A stretch of 64,000 nt of DNA, from contig JBKAGE010000035.1 of the NCBI GenBank assembly GCA_046290225.1, positions 128,001 through 192,000 on the forward strand, given 5' to 3'. The notes beneath the pieces were generated by a model. That model was not told the origin of the DNA, did no database searches, and was given only the letters and a program-made list of their open reading frames with translations. Of this stretch, positions 27,970 to 36,882 are shown one piece after another (the stretch's first letter is position 1; each line of letters begins with the position of its first letter). A program made the position numbers and the translations under genes. This DNA comes from Bradymonadia bacterium. GTDB lineage: Bacteria; Myxococcota_A; Bradymonadia; UBA7976; UBA1532.

Positions 27970-28959
27970 ATGACGTCCTCCGCATTCGGTGCCCTCTGGG
28001 CCGAAGACATCGACCTCTCCGATCTGCAGTTCGCCCTCCCGGCGCTCGCCCGGCATGGCCTCGCGGTGCATCTCGCGTGGCACGCCGGGTCCGACGATGC
28101 TGATCGGCTCGCCCTCGCCGCTGAAGCAGCCACATATGGGGTGCCCGTTCGGCCTTGGCTGCTCCTGCCACCCGAGGAGGGCTATTGGGCCGGTGCAGAG
28201 AACGCCGCGGTCTTCGCCGACACCGCACGACGGCTCTTCGATCGCTGGTGTGGCGCAGGTCTCGCCCCAGGGCTGTGGGTGGTGGACATGGAGCCGCCGA
28301 GACACCGAGTCGAGGCCCTGGACGCCGCTCTGAAGGATGGCATACGACGATGGCCCGCCATGTGGCGCCAGCTGCGCGACGAGGCGAGCGTCGACTTGAG
28401 CACCCCAGCGCGGGTCTATGCCGATCTGGTCGATGAAGCAACCCGCCTCGGGTTCTCCACGTGGCTCACCACCCTGCCCATGGTGGCCGATGACTTCGCC
28501 GCAGGCACAGACACCTATCAGCGATGGCTGGGACTGCCTGTAAATGGGTCACCGTGGTCGGTGGTGTCATTGCAGGTGTATCGCACCATGTTCGACGACA
28601 GCCTGCCCTGGGGGTTGAAGCAGATGGGTGTGGGCCCTGGCATCGTGGCCCGCTATGGCCGCCTGGTCCGCGCAGCATTTGGTGATCGCGGCGGGTTGGA
28701 CTTGGGTCTGGTCGGCGGGGGTGTCATCGAGGACTCAGGTCGATACTCAGCACCGAAAGATCTCGGCGCTGATCTCGCAGCCGCTCATGGTGTCGGGGTG
28801 CCTGCAAACCAGATATCGGTCTTCTCGTTGGAAGGCGTGCTCGAACGTGGACCTGTAGAGGGCTGGCTGGCGCCACCCACGCACAGGCCTGTGAAGGCAG
28901 GCATCAGGGCAGCGTTACAAGGCAAGCTGATGACCACGCTGGCCCGCTTGGGGCGTTGA
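27970..28959 (+). CDS. Hypothetical protein, possibly TIM-barrel/glycoside-hydrolase-like
   Basis: Plausible codon usage; VRPWLLLP..EGYW, VVDMEPP, SLQVYRT and VFSLEG strand-like motifs. Function is inference only. Confidence 0.6.
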   Translation: MTSSAFGALWAEDIDLSDLQFALPALARHGLAVHLAWHAGSDDADRLALAAEAATYGVPVRPWLLLPPEEGYWAGAENAAVFADTARRLFDRWCGAGLAPGLWVVDMEPPRHRVEALDAALKDGIRRWPAMWRQLRDEASVDLSTPARVYADLVDEATRLGFSTWLTTLPMVADDFAAGTDTYQRWLGLPVNGSPWSVVSLQVYRTMFDDSLPWGLKQMGVGPGIVARYGRLVRAAFGDRGGLDLGLVGGGVIEDSGRYSAPKDLGADLAAAHGVGVPANQISVFSLEGVLERGPVEGWLAPPTHRPVKAGIRAALQGKLMTTLARLGR

Positions 28960-28970
28960 AGCTTTGAGAT

Positions 28971-30146
28971 TCAGTCGTCCGACTCGAGCGCATCCGCCAT
29001 CGCCCCTTTGAGTGGGGGTACCCAGCTCCCCATATTGGGTACATCGAGCGTGTCGGGGGCCTGCTCGTCGAGGCTCACCAGCCGTACCAGTGCGTCGACG
29101 CAGTCGAACAACATGCTGTTGTCTCGAGGCGTATAGCCTCCGAGGGCCTGCTGATACACGTCGACCCCTTCGAGGAATCGGGCCACCGAGTCGGCGTCGG
29201 GGGCGTCTTCCTGGCACACCCCGTACCCGAGCTTCTCGAGATACAGCGCGTTGAGCGTCTGCTCGTACTGCCCGTGGATCGGCAGCGCCATCATGGGCAC
29301 CTGCAGATGCACCGCCTCGCCCATGAGGGAGAAGCCCGCCGCCGCCACCACCGCCTGTGCAGTTCGAAGATCGTCCACAAAGCCTGGGCCGCTGAAGGGC
29401 ATCAGCTCGATGTTACCCTCGGCGCCGGTCTTGCCCGTGCCGTACACCTTGAAACGACGATCCGAAAGCCTCTGCAGATGTGGGATCAACGCCTCGGCGG
29501 CCTCTGCCTTGAGATACACCAGCACGTGATCACCCGGATCTCGCGTGGCCTGCAGAATGTCGGGGCGCAAGATCGGCGGAATCAGCGTCGTACGGCGCTT
29601 GCGCACCGTGGGAAAAAAGAAGCTGGTGACGAGGTAGTGCCACGCGCCGGGCATCTTCGCCTTCACCACATTCTTCGCCAACAGGAACGCCCGACTGCGC
29701 AGGGTGGTGACGTCATCGTCGTGGGCGCAGCGGTTGATGATCTGCATGTTGTCGAGGCCGATCACCGGCAGGCGGTGGTTCAGACCATAGAGATAGGCCC
29801 AGGTCTCGAAGTCGCTGATCACCAGGTCGGGGGTGAAGCCCGAGTCGATGAGTTTGAAGTAGGCCTCGACGTTCTTCTTGAGCCCCTTGGGCAGCGCCTC
29901 GAGGTTCGCCGAGAACGTCTCGCTCTTGTCGATGCGGTTGCCTTCGATCTGAAACGTGAGCCCGTGGATCTCTTCGACGACGGCCCGCTCACCAAAAGGC
30001 GCCAGCTCTCGCCGCAGGTAGTCGTGAGCCTTGCCCGAGACCACCACACGGACCCGGTGGCCCCCTTCGAGCAGATGGCCGAGGACCACCCGGCTTCGGG
30101 TGGCGTGGCCCATGCCCTCGCCCACCACACCATAGAGAATGTTCAT
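28971..30146 (-). CDS. GT-B glycosyltransferase, MJ1255/VC2487 family
   Basis: MNILYGVVGEGMGHATRS, PDLVISDFE, IPPILRP, HVLVY, AGFSLMGEA, P..GQYEQ.LNA.YLEKLGYG. ATGA overlap with the upstream gene. Confidence 0.88.
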   Translation of the reverse strand: MNILYGVVGEGMGHATRSRVVLGHLLEGGHRVRVVVSGKAHDYLRRELAPFGERAVVEEIHGLTFQIEGNRIDKSETFSANLEALPKGLKKNVEAYFKLIDSGFTPDLVISDFETWAYLYGLNHRLPVIGLDNMQIINRCAHDDDVTTLRSRAFLLAKNVVKAKMPGAWHYLVTSFFFPTVRKRRTTLIPPILRPDILQATRDPGDHVLVYLKAEAAEALIPHLQRLSDRRFKVYGTGKTGAEGNIELMPFSGPGFVDDLRTAQAVVAAAGFSLMGEAVHLQVPMMALPIHGQYEQTLNALYLEKLGYGVCQEDAPDADSVARFLEGVDVYQQALGGYTPRDNSMLFDCVDALVRLVSLDEQAPDTLDVPNMGSWVPPLKGAMADALESDD

Positions 30147-31969
30147 GCGTCCTCGCGCAGTGTCACCCTGATGAGCCAGATCAAAAACGCAAAGACGAAC
30201 ACGTTCAAGCCTGTATCCACCACCGAGGGGCTCAGCCCTGCAGCTTCGGCGGGGTTCGGGGCCCCTGCCTGAACGTTCCACGCCGAGGGCAGCGCCGGAT
30301 CTGGCGCCTCGGAGATGCGGGTGGCCGAGGAGAGGGCCTTCACCTGCTCCGGGCTCAGGGGCCTGCTCGACGGGCGAATCGCCGCCGCGGGACCGCCACC
30401 ACCCTCACCGAGGCCCTGACGGCCAGGGCCGGCAATGACCACCTGAGCGGCGAGGGTCTCCATGGCCATGTTTTGACCAGGGTACGTTGCCGGGGGCAGA
30501 CGAGCCTCTCTGAAGAAGGGCAACTGTGACACCCGGTTCGCCGTCCACTCCCCTGTGAGGTTCACCAGAGCAGCCTGACCCGAAGACAGCGCCTCGCTCA
30601 CGGCGGCCTCACCTGGGGGCACCAACAAAACCACAGCATCGAGCTCCTGGGCTGCGAGCTTGCCCAGCAATGACTTCACGTCAGAAGACGTCGCGGCCTG
30701 TTGGGTCGACAACGAGAGCAACGCCTCACCGGCCCATGCGCCACCACTGTCGCGCTCTTGCACCCCCACTCGACCAGAGAGTGGATCCTGCACCTGCAGA
30801 TCGTCGGCTCGGCGGAGCACGTGCACCATGCGCGTGCCCAGGGCCGCCACCGCCTCGATTCGATCTTCACGGATGAAGCGACCTCGACGGCGGAGGGGGA
30901 AAAAGCGCTCAGCCCCCAACACCGCGAGACGGGCCTCACCATCCACCACCGCCTGCACCGGATCACGGACCGGCTTCACGCTCACCGGACGCCCGGAGAA
31001 AGCCTGGCTCGCAGCCCGAAGCGCCCGCTGAGAGGGCTCTGTCAGACCATCGGCGGCACTCACCGCCACCACGATGGGCTTCGCGCCCTCTTCGCTCGAT
31101 CCTTCGGGGATCAGCTCTTCGGCCTCGAGGAGCTGCCGCGCCACAGCCTTCGCCGTCTGGCCACTCACCTCTACGGCGTAGTTGAGGGTGCGCATCTCTT
31201 CGACGGAGATCCGGTTGTGCAGGCGGTTGAGCACCGCCTCGAGATCTTTGTGGGTGCTCATGGCCCCCGTCCGAGCCACCACCGCCGCCTCGTAGGGCGG
31301 GAAGAAGCCCAGCGAGTCTTCGAGCACGTGCAGGCCCAGGCCCACGATGGCCCCGTCGGTGGCATAACCCACCGCCACGTCAGCTCGACCATCGAGCAGC
31401 GCCTCCATCCGGGCTTGCGGGTCGTTCACCACGAGAGGCTCGGCGGCCATGCGCAAGCCGTAGCGACGCAGCAGCGCCGCGAGGCCATCGCCAGGGCGTC
31501 GCAGGAACTCTTGAGGCGCCGCCACCCGCACGCCGCCTTCGAGGCGGGCCAGATCAGCGATGCTCGACCAGCCCATGGACTGTGCTCGGCCCGAGGGGAC
31601 CAGCAGGCGATAGCCATTGTCGAAGCCCATGGGCACCACCCAGCGCAAGCCCAATGGCTTGTAGAGCTTACGCACCAGATCGAGGCCCTTCTCACCAGAG
31701 GGCGACGCCCCCACGAAGGCCAGCCCTGTGCCCGTGTAGTCCACCATGACGTCGAGCTGACCGCTCCGCAGCGCCCGTTGACAGGCATACGTGTCGTCGC
31801 AGTCCACCACCTGCTCGGCGGGGAGCCCCTCAGCCCGGAGCAGGATCACCAGCGCCTCGGCAAGCACCTTCTGCTCGGCGAAGCTCTTCGCCCCCACTCG
31901 GATCGCGCGGCTGTCGTCACTGCAGCCGAGCAGCGTCAGTACCCAGAGCCACCAGAGATGCCGCATCAC
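30143..31969 (-). CDS. Lipoprotein fusing an OpuAC-type glycine betaine/choline-binding domain to a TAXI-like binding domain, with a C-terminal TM helix
   Basis: Lipobox LLGC; IRVGAKSFAEQ, DYTGT, GFDNGY, YATDG.I and FFPPYEA (OpuAC/OsmF); then DSGG...ELDAV...PFF....LPPATYPGQ....TL (TAXI-like); hydrophobic C-terminus. Confidence 0.78.
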   Translation of the reverse strand: MMRHLWWLWVLTLLGCSDDSRAIRVGAKSFAEQKVLAEALVILLRAEGLPAEQVVDCDDTYACQRALRSGQLDVMVDYTGTGLAFVGASPSGEKGLDLVRKLYKPLGLRWVVPMGFDNGYRLLVPSGRAQSMGWSSIADLARLEGGVRVAAPQEFLRRPGDGLAALLRRYGLRMAAEPLVVNDPQARMEALLDGRADVAVGYATDGAIVGLGLHVLEDSLGFFPPYEAAVVARTGAMSTHKDLEAVLNRLHNRISVEEMRTLNYAVEVSGQTAKAVARQLLEAEELIPEGSSEEGAKPIVVAVSAADGLTEPSQRALRAASQAFSGRPVSVKPVRDPVQAVVDGEARLAVLGAERFFPLRRRGRFIREDRIEAVAALGTRMVHVLRRADDLQVQDPLSGRVGVQERDSGGAWAGEALLSLSTQQAATSSDVKSLLGKLAAQELDAVVLLVPPGEAAVSEALSSGQAALVNLTGEWTANRVSQLPFFREARLPPATYPGQNMAMETLAAQVVIAGPGRQGLGEGGGGPAAAIRPSSRPLSPEQVKALSSATRISEAPDPALPSAWNVQAGAPNPAEAAGLSPSVVDTGLNVFVFAFLIWLIRVTLREDA

Positions 31970-33612
31970 AGGCCTCCCTCCTTACCTGGCACCGCCATAT
32001 CCGGTGGCGGCACCTCCGTGGTGGCCGGCCCATCGGGGATCTGGCTCAGCGCAGAGCGGCTGCGGCGTGTCTTCGGCGGGGGTTGATCCACCGTCTCACC
32101 AGCTGCGGTGTCGGCGGCCAGGGCCTTGAACAAAGCACTCACTTGTATGAGCAGGATGAACACGAAGGGGATCGCCCCGCTCACCGCCGCCGCCCGCACC
32201 GCGTAGATGTTCCCCGAGAGCATCAGCGCCGCCCCAAGGGCACCCAGGATCAACCCCCAGCCGATCTTCCGGCTCGTGGGCGGGTTGAGGGAGCCCTTGC
32301 TGGTGAGCATGCCCAGCACGAAGGTGGCCGAGTCAACGCTGGTCACCAGGAACACGAAGAGCAGGAACAGGGTCACCACCCCGAGCACGCCGCTCATGGG
32401 CAGGCGGTCGAAGAGCGAGAACAGCGCCACGGTGAGGTTCTCTTGCACCATCTGACCCACGCCGCCGGCGCCGAAGAGATCTTCGTAGAAGCCCGTGCCG
32501 CCAAAGACGCCGAACCAGATGATGGAGAACAGCGTGGGGGCGAAGAGCACCCCGAGGATGAACTCCCGGATCGTGCGTCCCTTGCTGATGCGGGCGATGA
32601 AGATGCCCACGAAGGGGGCCCATGCGATCCACCAGATGAAGTAGGTCAGCGTCCAGCCGTGCAGCCAGCCCTCCACGGCTTCACCCTGATAGGGGTGCAT
32701 CTGCAGCGACATCTGGGGCAGGGCAGCGATGTAATCGGAGAGCGAGGTCACCACAGTGCGCAACAAGAAGGGCGTGGGGCCGGCGAAGAGCATGAAGCCC
32801 AGCAGCAGCAGCGCCAGCACCATGTTGATGTTGCTCAGCCACTTGATGCCTTTGTCGAGGCTGGTGGCGGCACTGGTCATGTAACTGATCACCAGCACCA
32901 CCAGGATCGCCCAGGGCACCCAGGAGGCGTCGTTGGGCGTGCCCGCCACCACGTGCAAGCCGGTCTTGAGCTGGAAGATGCCCATGCCGATGGAGCCCGC
33001 CACCCCGAAGGCCACCGCCAGGATCGCGATCAGATCGGCGGCGTAGGCCACGGGGCCCACCCAGCGGCCCGAGAACACGCTGCGGATCGGCGCCCCTGCC
33101 AGATAGGGCGTACCTCGACGGAAGCCGAAATAGGCCAGCACCAGCGCCCCGATGCCATAACAGGCCCAGGCGTGTAGCCCCCAGTGGAAATTGGTGATGT
33201 TCATGGCCTGTCGAGCAGACTCGACGGTCCCAGCCTCGCCCACCGGCGGGTGCATGAAGTGCGTGAGCGGCTCCGCCACCCCCCAGAAGAGCAACCCCAC
33301 CCCCATGCCGGCGCTGAACAGCATGGCGATCCACGAAGCGGTGCTGAACTCCGGCTCGTCTTCAGGGCGGCCGAGCTTGAGCTTGCCGTACTTCCCGAAG
33401 GCCAGCCACAGCGCCAGGATCACAAAGGCGCTCACGCTCAGCATGAAGAACCAGTCGAGGGCCCTGAACGATGTACTCGTCAGCGCCTCGGTCGACTCAC
33501 CGAGGGAGTCGGGATCAGCGATGCCCCATGCGGCGATGGCGGCGCAAAATGGAAGGGAGACATAGAAGAGATTGAGGCCACGAGGCCGGGCAGGGCCGGT
33601 CTTGTCCGGCAT
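31966..33612 (-). CDS. BCCT-family betaine/choline/carnitine transporter
   Basis: PEFST.SWIAMLFSAGMGVGLLFWGVAEP, FHWGLHAW, KGIKWLSNIN, WT..Y..WWIAWAPFVG.FIARISKGRTIREF, VTS.DSA. Confidence 0.95.
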   Translation of the reverse strand: MPDKTGPARPRGLNLFYVSLPFCAAIAAWGIADPDSLGESTEALTSTSFRALDWFFMLSVSAFVILALWLAFGKYGKLKLGRPEDEPEFSTASWIAMLFSAGMGVGLLFWGVAEPLTHFMHPPVGEAGTVESARQAMNITNFHWGLHAWACYGIGALVLAYFGFRRGTPYLAGAPIRSVFSGRWVGPVAYAADLIAILAVAFGVAGSIGMGIFQLKTGLHVVAGTPNDASWVPWAILVVLVISYMTSAATSLDKGIKWLSNINMVLALLLLGFMLFAGPTPFLLRTVVTSLSDYIAALPQMSLQMHPYQGEAVEGWLHGWTLTYFIWWIAWAPFVGIFIARISKGRTIREFILGVLFAPTLFSIIWFGVFGGTGFYEDLFGAGGVGQMVQENLTVALFSLFDRLPMSGVLGVVTLFLLFVFLVTSVDSATFVLGMLTSKGSLNPPTSRKIGWGLILGALGAALMLSGNIYAVRAAAVSGAIPFVFILLIQVSALFKALAADTAAGETVDQPPPKTRRSRSALSQIPDGPATTEVPPPDMAVPGKEGGL

Positions 33613-33752
33613 GAGAAAGCGTCCTCCTCCAGCGCAGTCGGGTCTCTCATCACTGCGAGAAATACCGCGATGAAATTACTTTGAGCACTGAAGGTTTTAA
33701 CAGAACAGACTTTCACCCGTAAGGGGGCTGCTGATCGTGCGCTGGACTCATA

Positions 33753-34634
33753 TCAGCGTGCAAACGCAGCCCGACTGGCTTCGATGAAGGTCTTCAGACC
33801 ATGGCCCGGGCGGCCCAGCACACGCTCCACGTCTGGAGAGACCTGCGACGCCCAGCCTGCAGCCTTCACCCGCTCGAGACCCACCATGTCGTCGGCCATC
33901 CACTCGGGCACTTGCTGCGCCACCATGCCGTCGCGCAGCTGCTCAGGAGAGAGATCGACATAGCCCACGTCGTAGCCCGCCACCTCGGAAATCCATTGGG
34001 CGATCTCCGCCTCGGTGTGGGCCTCCGGCCCGGTGAGCTCCAAAGTCTGTCCAGCGTACAGCTCGGGCGCCCGCAACACCCTCACGATGACCTCGGCGAT
34101 GTCGGCGGTGCTCACGTAGGCCGTGGCCTGACCTGCAGAAGCACCGTACCAGGCCCCCTGGGCCTTGATGCTGCCTGCGGAATAGTTCACGAAGTTGTCC
34201 TGGAAGAAGGTGGGCCGCACCAGCACATACGGCCGGCCACTCTCCTTCACAGCCTGCTCAGCGAGACCATGGCTCCGGGGCAGGGCGCCCTCGGCTTCGG
34301 GATCTGCCCCCGCCGCGGACATGCGCACCAGCAACTCCACCTCGGCAGCCTGGGCGGCAGCGACAGCGTTGCGGACCATGTCGAGTTGCTGCTGAACGTA
34401 AGGGGTGACGAGGGCCACTCGATCCACCCCTTCGAAGGCTGCGGTGAGGCTCTGACGATCGGAGAGATCTGCCTCCACCACCTCGGCACCGAGCGCCGCG
34501 AGGTCAGCGGCACGCTCAGTGTTGCGGACCGCCACCCGCACCCGGGCCTCGGACTCGAGCAGTTGCCGCGCGATCTGGTTGCCCACGGTGCCGGTGGAGG
34601 AGAAGACGAGGAAGAGAGGGTTCTGCGTGGTCAT
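33753..34634 (-). CDS. NmrA-like atypical SDR/NAD(P)H-binding oxidoreductase
   Basis: LVFSSTGTVG Rossmann motif, AAFEGVDRV, H..AEQ, VRPTFFQDN, STADIA, LELTGPE. Confidence 0.88.
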   Translation of the reverse strand: MTTQNPLFLVFSSTGTVGNQIARQLLESEARVRVAVRNTERAADLAALGAEVVEADLSDRQSLTAAFEGVDRVALVTPYVQQQLDMVRNAVAAAQAAEVELLVRMSAAGADPEAEGALPRSHGLAEQAVKESGRPYVLVRPTFFQDNFVNYSAGSIKAQGAWYGASAGQATAYVSTADIAEVIVRVLRAPELYAGQTLELTGPEAHTEAEIAQWISEVAGYDVGYVDLSPEQLRDGMVAQQVPEWMADDMVGLERVKAAGWASQVSPDVERVLGRPGHGLKTFIEASRAAFAR

Positions 34635-34720
34635 GGCTGTCATCCTGGTGTGTTGTTCATGGATGACCTCACCTTGACGCTGCAGACTCATTTACTCCAA
34701 TTGATAGTTTGAATCCGTAC

Positions 34721-34735
34721 ATTCGCATGGCTTAT
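34721..34735. promoter_or_regulatory. Possible LysR T-N11-A box between the divergent SDR and LysR genes
   Basis: ATTCGCATGGCTTAT (T34722-N11-A34734) in the AT-rich intergenic spacer. The motif is weak. Confidence 0.3.
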
Positions 34736-34744
34736 ATACAGACC

Positions 34745-35659
34745 ATGACCACTCGACAGCTCAGTCAGATCGACGTCAACCTGTTGATCACCCTCGATGT
34801 ATTGCTCGAAACCCAGAGCGTCACCGGCGCCGCCAGACGTCTGGGGCTCACTCAGCCAGCGGTGAGCCAGGCCCTCGGACGCCTGCGCTCGATGCTCGAC
34901 GATCCGATCCTCGTTCGCCGTGGCTCTCGTATGGCCCCTACGCCGAGGGCGCAGTCCCTCGCGGGGCCCCTCAGGCGCATCTTGTCCGATCTACAGGCTC
35001 TGATCGCCGATCAGCCCCGCTTTGATCCGGCAACTTCGACGGCGGCCTTCACAATGTTCATCAACGACTACGTGGGGCTGGTGGTCCTGCCACCATTGAT
35101 GGCCACCCTTCGACAGATCGCACCGGGGATCGATCTCAGGTGTCGTCCTGTAGCCTTCGACACGCTCACCTCGGAGCTGGATCGCGGCGACGTCGACCTG
35201 GCCCTGGGTGTCTTGCCGCCTCACCCCGACAGCATTCAAAGCGCTCCAGTGATCGACGAGTCCTTTGTGTGCTTGCTGCGGCCCGACCACCCCGCCCTGC
35301 CGCACTTCGACCTGGCCACATATGCCGACCTGGGCCACTTGCTGGTCAGCCCAAGGGGGCAAAGACGCGGTGGCGTGGTGGATGACCGGCTCGCCGAGCA
35401 GGGTCTGAGCCGCCGAGTGGTGGTGGAGGTGCCCTACTTCCTCGCGGCGCCCTTTGTGCTGGCCCAGACAGATCTGGTGACCACCTTGCCCAGCCGAGTA
35501 GCTGGAGCGCTCTCTGCGCCCCACGGTCTGGTGCAACGGCCTCCGCCGCTGCCGCTCAACGGCTTCTCCATCAATATGTACTGGCACATGCGCTACGACC
35601 GGGAGCCGGCCCTGACATGGCTGCGGGGGGTGATCACCGAGGTGTGCGCTGAGCTGTAA
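34745..35659 (+). CDS. LysR-family transcriptional regulator (NodD/LeuO-like subgroup)
   Basis: IDVNLL..LDVLL...SVTGAARRLGLTQPAVSQALGRLR..LDDP HTH; FDPATS; APGIDL; WH.R...EPA..WLR. Confidence 0.93.
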   Translation: MTTRQLSQIDVNLLITLDVLLETQSVTGAARRLGLTQPAVSQALGRLRSMLDDPILVRRGSRMAPTPRAQSLAGPLRRILSDLQALIADQPRFDPATSTAAFTMFINDYVGLVVLPPLMATLRQIAPGIDLRCRPVAFDTLTSELDRGDVDLALGVLPPHPDSIQSAPVIDESFVCLLRPDHPALPHFDLATYADLGHLLVSPRGQRRGGVVDDRLAEQGLSRRVVVEVPYFLAAPFVLAQTDLVTTLPSRVAGALSAPHGLVQRPPPLPLNGFSINMYWHMRYDREPALTWLRGVITEVCAEL

Positions 35660-35665
35660 TCGGAC

Positions 35666-36835
35666 CTAGAGCCAGGACTCCAAACCCAACAGGCGGCGCT
35701 CACGAGCGCTCAGCTCGAGGCCGCCCGAACGCTGCGCCTCGGGGGTACGCCGGCGTACACGCTCGGCAGCGTATCGATCGTGCTCGGCATAGAACGGATC
35801 CACCTCGGGCGCGGGGTACATCCGGATGAACTGCTGAAGCCTCAGCTGGTCAGTGTGATTGTCGAGGCAGCCGTGCAGCTGACCCCAGGACCACAACAGC
35901 AAGTGCCCTTGCCTCAGCGGGAGAGGCTGCATCCAGTCGCGGACCGCATCATCTTGTGTAGGCCTGTGACTGCGGCGCTTGAGGCCGAGCTTTTCAGGGT
36001 AGGGGGTCTCTCTGCACCAACGGTGCAGATCCGCCTCACCCCCAGGCAGGGTCAGGTGGCAGCCCATCTCCAGGCTCTGATCGACCAATGCCAATAGACC
36101 CTGCCAACCATGCATGCGGCCCCGGCTCAGCTCATCGACGAAGAGCCAGGGGTTGTAGTCCCAGTGAGGCTTCAGACCTGCACCCCAGCGGGGTGAGGCG
36201 CCGGGGGCCAGCGTCCCGCGTTGTACACCCCAATTGTCGATGCTGGTCTGCAGCCTCTCGTCACCCCAGAGGTGAGTGAAGAGCGTGTGCACGCGCGGGT
36301 CGAGTCGATTGTGGAAGGCTTGAGCGTGCAGCGCGGGATCGTCGATCAGGAACTTCGTGCTGCTGGGCCAGTTCTCGGTGCTCCACGTGCTCGGATCGTT
36401 CGGGTCGATGGCCTGAGGCACTCCCGCAGCGGCCCCGGCAGCGTTGATCTCCTCGAACATGGCCTTGATGGTGGCCTCGCAGCGCTCAGGTTCGAACAGA
36501 CGGATGACGACGCAGCCATGGCGGCGCAGTGCTTCGCGGTAACCGTCGGGGTTCTCCACCTCGAAGCTCTCAGCAAAGCCATCGCTGTCGACAGGGTATC
36601 GAGGGAAGATCTCAGCCCACTCTTCTGGGCTGCGCCGGGCAGCGTCGCGGGCCGCCTCTGCGATCGCCATGTTGAGCCAGCGGGCGGTCAGATCCAGTTT
36701 GGGGAAGGCAGCTTGAACTGCATCGAAGCATACTGCGCGCAGTGCTTCTGTATCGGGGTAGCCATGGGCTGCGTGATGTCGAACGACATACGCCTTCGCC
36801 TCAGCGTAGGCTTTTGCTCGTGCTTCTCGATTCAT
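35666..36835 (-). CDS. Phytanoyl-CoA dioxygenase-like Fe(II)/2-oxoglutarate oxygenase
   Basis: HxD motif PHWDYNP, QGLLALVD, G.LLLW....LHG...N....LRL.QFI.M.PA. Confidence 0.72.
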   Translation of the reverse strand: MNREARAKAYAEAKAYVVRHHAAHGYPDTEALRAVCFDAVQAAFPKLDLTARWLNMAIAEAARDAARRSPEEWAEIFPRYPVDSDGFAESFEVENPDGYREALRRHGCVVIRLFEPERCEATIKAMFEEINAAGAAAGVPQAIDPNDPSTWSTENWPSSTKFLIDDPALHAQAFHNRLDPRVHTLFTHLWGDERLQTSIDNWGVQRGTLAPGASPRWGAGLKPHWDYNPWLFVDELSRGRMHGWQGLLALVDQSLEMGCHLTLPGGEADLHRWCRETPYPEKLGLKRRSHRPTQDDAVRDWMQPLPLRQGHLLLWSWGQLHGCLDNHTDQLRLQQFIRMYPAPEVDPFYAEHDRYAAERVRRRTPEAQRSGGLELSARERRLLGLESWL

Positions 36836-36882
36836 GGGCAGTGGATAGCATCATCGTCGAAGCTGGCTCAAACGGCCCCGAC

